Made by a program: the position numbers and the translations under genes. From the NCBI RefSeq assembly GCF_000006765.1, contig NC_002516.2: 64,000 bases of DNA. One strand, given 5' to 3'. The DNA comes from Pseudomonas aeruginosa PAO1 (GTDB lineage Bacteria; Pseudomonadota; Gammaproteobacteria; Pseudomonadales; Pseudomonadaceae). The stretch's first letter is position 1; each line of letters begins with the position of its first letter. Shown here one piece after another: positions 59,842 to 64,000 of the stretch. A model generated the notes under the pieces. It saw only the letters and a list, made by a program, of their open reading frames with translations. It searched no databases and had not been told where the DNA came from.

Positions 59842-61011
59842 ATGAATACAGCCGTCAACGTCAACGTCGTGCACGAATCCGAAGCCCAGCGCCAGTTCGC
59901 CCGGGTCAAGCTGCCGGCGCGCATCCGCTACATCGGCGCCAACCGCGAAGGCGTCGACGCACGCCTGCTGGATCTCTCCGCCGGCGGCTTCGCCTTCACC
60001 GCGAGCGGCGCGCCGATCCAGCCCGGCGACCTGTACAAGGGCAAGCTGCTGTTCCAGGTCGACAGCATCAGCTTTTCCCTCGAAGTGGAGTTCCAGGTGC
60101 GCTCGGTGGACCCCGCCAGCCGCCGCGTCGGCTGCGAGTTCCAGAACCTCAAGCCGCGCGAGGTGGCGGCCCTGCGCTACCTGATCACCTCCTACCTGGC
60201 CGGCGAGGTGATCGGCGTCGGCGACATGCTCAATACCCTCCAGCGCGAGAACTTCACCAAGGCCCGCAAGCAGGGCGGCGGCAACGGCGGGATGGGCTTC
60301 TTCGGCCGGGTCCGGGCGGTGACCCTGAGCACCGCGATCTTCGTCGTCGGGGTCGGCGCCTTCGCCTTCATCCTCAACCAGATGTACAACCTGTACTTCG
60401 TCACCCATGCCGATTCCGGCGTGGTCAGCGTCCCCAACCAGCAGATCACCATGCCCCGCGAGGGCACCGTGCAGAGCCTTCTCGGGCCCAACGCGGAAGT
60501 CGCCAAAGGCGCGCCGATCGCTACCTTCTCGGCCAACCTGCTGGACATGCTCAAGGGCAACCTGACCGAGGAGCAGCTCAACCCGGGCAACATCGAGAAG
60601 CTCTTCGGCCACCAGATGAAAGGGACCCTGACCAGCCCCTGCGACTGCCGCGTGGTCCAGCAACTGGTAGCCGACGGGCAATACGCCAACAAGGGCCAGG
60701 TGATCTTCACCCTCGCGCCGCGCGACAGCGTGGCCAGCATCGAGGCGCGCTTCCCCTACCGCAACGCCGCCGAGCTGGCGCCGGGCACCCGGGTGAACTT
60801 CCAGGTCGCCGGCGACGGCGTCAACCGCAGCGGCCGCATCGTCAACACCGCGCCGGTGGACGGCGACCTGTCCTCGGAAATCCGCGTGCAGATCCAGCCC
60901 GACCAGCCGCTCGACGCCCAGTACGCCGGCCGCCCGGCCGAGGTCAGCATCGGCGGCCTGCCCGGCCGCACCCTGCTGAACAAGGCCGTGACCCTGGCCA
61001 CCGCTCGCTGA
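59842..61011 (+). CDS. alg44: c-di-GMP-binding alginate co-polymerase
   Basis: PilZ motifs RQFAR and DLSAGG, followed by an MFP-like domain (389 aa). Confidence 0.96.
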   Translation: MNTAVNVNVVHESEAQRQFARVKLPARIRYIGANREGVDARLLDLSAGGFAFTASGAPIQPGDLYKGKLLFQVDSISFSLEVEFQVRSVDPASRRVGCEFQNLKPREVAALRYLITSYLAGEVIGVGDMLNTLQRENFTKARKQGGGNGGMGFFGRVRAVTLSTAIFVVGVGAFAFILNQMYNLYFVTHADSGVVSVPNQQITMPREGTVQSLLGPNAEVAKGAPIATFSANLLDMLKGNLTEEQLNPGNIEKLFGHQMKGTLTSPCDCRVVQQLVADGQYANKGQVIFTLAPRDSVASIEARFPYRNAAELAPGTRVNFQVAGDGVNRSGRIVNTAPVDGDLSSEIRVQIQPDQPLDAQYAGRPAEVSIGGLPGRTLLNKAVTLATAR

Positions 61012-61024
61012 CCGGTACCCGACC

Positions 61025-62452
61025 ATGAAGATGCCCATCCTCCCTCCCCTGCCCCTGGCGTCCCGGCACCTGCTGCTGGCCTCGGCCATCGCCCTGGCCG
61101 CCGGCTGCGCCGGACTGCCCGACCAGCGCCTGGCCCAGGAGGCCCTGGAGCGCGGCGACCTCGCCACCGCCCAGAGCAACTACCAGGCCCTGGCCGCGAT
61201 GGGTTACGCCGACGCCCAGGTCGGCCTCGCCGACATGCAGGTCGCCAGCGGCGACAGCGCCCAGCAGGCCAAGGCCGAAAAGCTCTACCGCGAGGCCGCG
61301 CAGACCTCGCCGCGGGCCCGCGCGCGCCTTGGCAAGTGGCTGGCGGCCAAGCCCGGCGCCAGCGACGCCGAGCACCGCGAGGCCGAGCGCCTGCTCAGCC
61401 AGGCCTTCGAACAGGGCGAGGACAGTGCCCTGGTGCCGCTCATCGTGCTCTACCTGCAATACCCGCAGTCCTGGCCGGAAATCGACCCGCAGCAGCGCAT
61501 CGACCAGTGGCGCGCGCGCGGACTGCCGCAGGCCGACCTGGCGCAGATCATCCTCTACCGCACCCAGGGCACCTACGCCCAGCACCTGGGCGAGATCGAG
61601 CAGGTCTGCCAGCGCTGGCTGCGGCGCATGGACGTGTGCTGGTACGAACTGGCCACGGTCTACCAGATGCAGGGCAACGCGGAAAAGCAGAAGGTCCTGC
61701 TCGAACAGCTGCGCGCCGCCTACAAGGCCGGCCGGGTGCCCGGCGAGCGGGTCGACTCGGTGGCCGGGGTGCTCGCCGACGGCGAACTCGGCCAGCCCGA
61801 CCCGCAGACCGCCCAGGCGCTGCTGGAAGAGATCGCGCCGAGCTACCCCGCGGCCTGGGTCAGCCTGGCCAAGCTGCTCTACGACTATCCCGACCAGGGC
61901 GACCTGGAAAAGATGCTCGGCTACCTGAAGAACGCCCAGGACGCCGCCCAGCCACGCGCCGAACTGCTCCTCGGGCGCCTCTACTACGACGGCAAGTGGG
62001 CGCCGCAGGACCCGCGCAAGGCCGAGCGGCACCTGCTCAAGGCCGCCGCCAGCGAACCCCAGGCCAACTACTACCTGGGGCAGATCTACCGCCGCGGCTT
62101 CCTCGGCAAGGTCTATCCGCAGAAGGCCGTCGACCACCTGATCCTCGCCGCCCGCGCCGGCCAGGCCAGCGCCGACATGGCCCTGGCCCAGCTCTGGTCG
62201 CAGGGCCGCGGCATCCAGCCGAACCGGGTCAACGCCTACGTCTTCGGCCAGCTCGCCGTGCAGCAGCAGGTACCGCAGGCCAGCGACCTGCTCGGGCAGA
62301 TCGAAGCGCAACTGCCGCCGGCCGAACGCAGCCAGGCGCAGCAATTGCTCAAGCGCGAACAACAGAGCCGCGGCAACAACTGGCAGGCCACCGTCAGCCT
62401 GCTGCAGAGCCAGGACTCGCCGATCAACGAAGAAGAGCCAGAAAGCCTATGA
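61025..62452 (+). CDS. algK: Alginate secretion lipoprotein with Sel1/TPR repeats
   Basis: Lipobox LAAGC and helical repeats. Confidence 0.96.
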   Translation: MKMPILPPLPLASRHLLLASAIALAAGCAGLPDQRLAQEALERGDLATAQSNYQALAAMGYADAQVGLADMQVASGDSAQQAKAEKLYREAAQTSPRARARLGKWLAAKPGASDAEHREAERLLSQAFEQGEDSALVPLIVLYLQYPQSWPEIDPQQRIDQWRARGLPQADLAQIILYRTQGTYAQHLGEIEQVCQRWLRRMDVCWYELATVYQMQGNAEKQKVLLEQLRAAYKAGRVPGERVDSVAGVLADGELGQPDPQTAQALLEEIAPSYPAAWVSLAKLLYDYPDQGDLEKMLGYLKNAQDAAQPRAELLLGRLYYDGKWAPQDPRKAERHLLKAAASEPQANYYLGQIYRRGFLGKVYPQKAVDHLILAARAGQASADMALAQLWSQGRGIQPNRVNAYVFGQLAVQQQVPQASDLLGQIEAQLPPAERSQAQQLLKREQQSRGNNWQATVSLLQSQDSPINEEEPESL

Positions 62453-63921
62453 ACAGCTCCCGTTCCGTCAACCCGCGGCCGTCCTTCGCGCCGCGCGCCC
62501 TGTCCCTGGCCATCGCCCTGCTGCTCGGCGCGCCGGCGTTCGCCGCCAACAGCGGCGAGGCGCCGAAGAACTTCGGCCTGGACGTGAAGATCACCGGCGA
62601 ATCGGAAAACGATCGCGACCTCGGCACCGCTCCCGGCGGCACCCTCAACGACATCGGTATCGACCTGCGGCCCTGGGCCTTCGGCCAGTGGGGCGACTGG
62701 AGCGCCTACTTCATGGGCCAGGCGGTGGCCGCCACCGACACCATCGAGACCGACACCCTGCAATCGGACACCGACGACGGCAACAACAGCCGCAACGACG
62801 GTCGCGAGCCGGACAAGAGCTACCTCGCCGCACGCGAATTCTGGGTCGACTACGCCGGCCTCACCGCCTACCCCGGCGAGCACCTGCGCTTCGGCCGCCA
62901 GCGCCTGCGGGAAGACAGCGGCCAGTGGCAGGACACCAACATCGAGGCGCTGAACTGGAGCTTCGAGACCACCCTGCTCAACGCCCACGCCGGGGTCGCC
63001 CAGCGTTTCAGCGAATACCGCACCGACCTCGACGAACTGGCTCCGGAGGACAAGGACCGCACCCATGTGTTCGGCGACATTTCCACCCAGTGGGCGCCGC
63101 ACCACCGCATAGGCGTGCGCATCCACCACGCCGACGACAGCGGCCACCTGCGCCGCCCCGGCGAGGAAGTCGACAACCTCGACAAGACCTATACCGGCCA
63201 GCTCACCTGGCTCGGCATCGAGGCTACCGGCGATGCCTACAACTATCGTTCGAGCATGCCGCTGAACTACTGGGCCAGCGCCACCTGGCTGACCGGCGAC
63301 CGCGACAACCTGACCACCACCACGGTCGACGACCGGCGCATCGCCACCGGCAAGCAGAGCGGCGACGTCAATGCCTTCGGCGTCGACCTCGGCCTGCGCT
63401 GGAACATCGACGAGCAATGGAAGGCCGGCGTCGGCTACGCCCGCGGCAGCGGCGGTGGCAAGGACGGCGAGGAGCAGTTCCAGCAGACCGGGCTGGAGAG
63501 CAATCGCTCCAACTTCACCGGCACCCGCTCGCGCGTGCACCGCTTCGGCGAAGCCTTCCGCGGCGAACTGAGCAACCTCCAGGCAGCCACCCTGTTCGGC
63601 TCCTGGCAACTGCGCGAGGACTACGACGCGAGCCTGGTCTACCACAAGTTCTGGCGCGTCGACGACGACTCCGACATCGGTACCAGCGGCATCAACGCCG
63701 CCCTGCAACCGGGCGAGAAGGACATCGGCCAGGAACTCGACCTGGTGGTGACCAAGTACTTCAAGCAAGGCCTGCTGCCGGCCTCGATGAGCCAGTACGT
63801 CGACGAGCCCTCGGCGCTGATCCGCTTCCGCGGCGGCCTGTTCAAGCCGGGCGACGCCTACGGGCCGGGCACCGACTCGACCATGCACCGCGCCTTCGTC
63901 GACTTCATCTGGCGCTTCTGA
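62449..63921 (+). CDS. algE: Alginate export porin
   Basis: ATG 62449 gives 490 aa. Signal peptide and C-terminal FIWRF. Confidence 0.96.
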   Translation: MNSSRSVNPRPSFAPRALSLAIALLLGAPAFAANSGEAPKNFGLDVKITGESENDRDLGTAPGGTLNDIGIDLRPWAFGQWGDWSAYFMGQAVAATDTIETDTLQSDTDDGNNSRNDGREPDKSYLAAREFWVDYAGLTAYPGEHLRFGRQRLREDSGQWQDTNIEALNWSFETTLLNAHAGVAQRFSEYRTDLDELAPEDKDRTHVFGDISTQWAPHHRIGVRIHHADDSGHLRRPGEEVDNLDKTYTGQLTWLGIEATGDAYNYRSSMPLNYWASATWLTGDRDNLTTTTVDDRRIATGKQSGDVNAFGVDLGLRWNIDEQWKAGVGYARGSGGGKDGEEQFQQTGLESNRSNFTGTRSRVHRFGEAFRGELSNLQAATLFGSWQLREDYDASLVYHKFWRVDDDSDIGTSGINAALQPGEKDIGQELDLVVTKYFKQGLLPASMSQYVDEPSALIRFRGGLFKPGDAYGPGTDSTMHRAFVDFIWRF

Positions 63922-63941
63922 GCCCCGCGAGGAAACCGGAC

Positions 63942-64000
63942 ATGCCCGACATTTCCCTTTCGATCCCCCGCCGCCGGCTCCCGCGCCTGCGCCCGCTGGC
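63942..64000 (+). CDS. algG: Start of mannuronan C5-epimerase (truncated by the window)
   Basis: GAGG SD then ATG (MPDISLSIPRRRLPRL) directly after algE. Confidence 0.8.
   Translation, partial: MPDISLSIPRRRLPRLRPL

Overview
This is Pseudomonas aeruginosa chromosome, syntenic from memory with PAO1 PA3488-PA3545; locus tags come from recall, not a search. In order, the window holds: (1) a T6SS phospholipase-immunity gene (tli5) that probably starts upstream of the window; (2) the rnfABCDGE-nth operon; (3) an uncharacterised 16-kb, 18-gene catabolic locus on the minus strand (8117-24230); (4) a CueR copper region with three MerR-type promoters driving the fluopsin C genes flcEDCBA, copZ1 and mexPQ-opmE; (5) housekeeping genes gloA1, argG, motY, pyrC, rnt, a peroxiredoxin, bfd-bfrB, an MFS transporter, grxD and an orphan molybdopterin oxidoreductase; (6) eprS, a likely sRNA (ReaL), argF, an orphan ABC ATPase and yaaA; (7) the algD promoter and algD-alg8-alg44-algK-algE-algG' genes. 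The catabolic locus is the best candidate for an undescribed system. It encodes a porin, a NitT/TauT-type ABC importer, a Rieske oxygenase and reductase, an extradiol dioxygenase, a cupin, a hydrolase, two SDRs, a ThDP enzyme, an aspartate-dehydrogenase homologue, an ALDH, RidA and IclR. It has two matching sigma54 promoters but no activator gene, and its ring-cleavage dioxygenase is broken by a 1-bp deletion at 13508/13509. I saw no rRNA, tRNA, CRISPR array, integrase or transposase.
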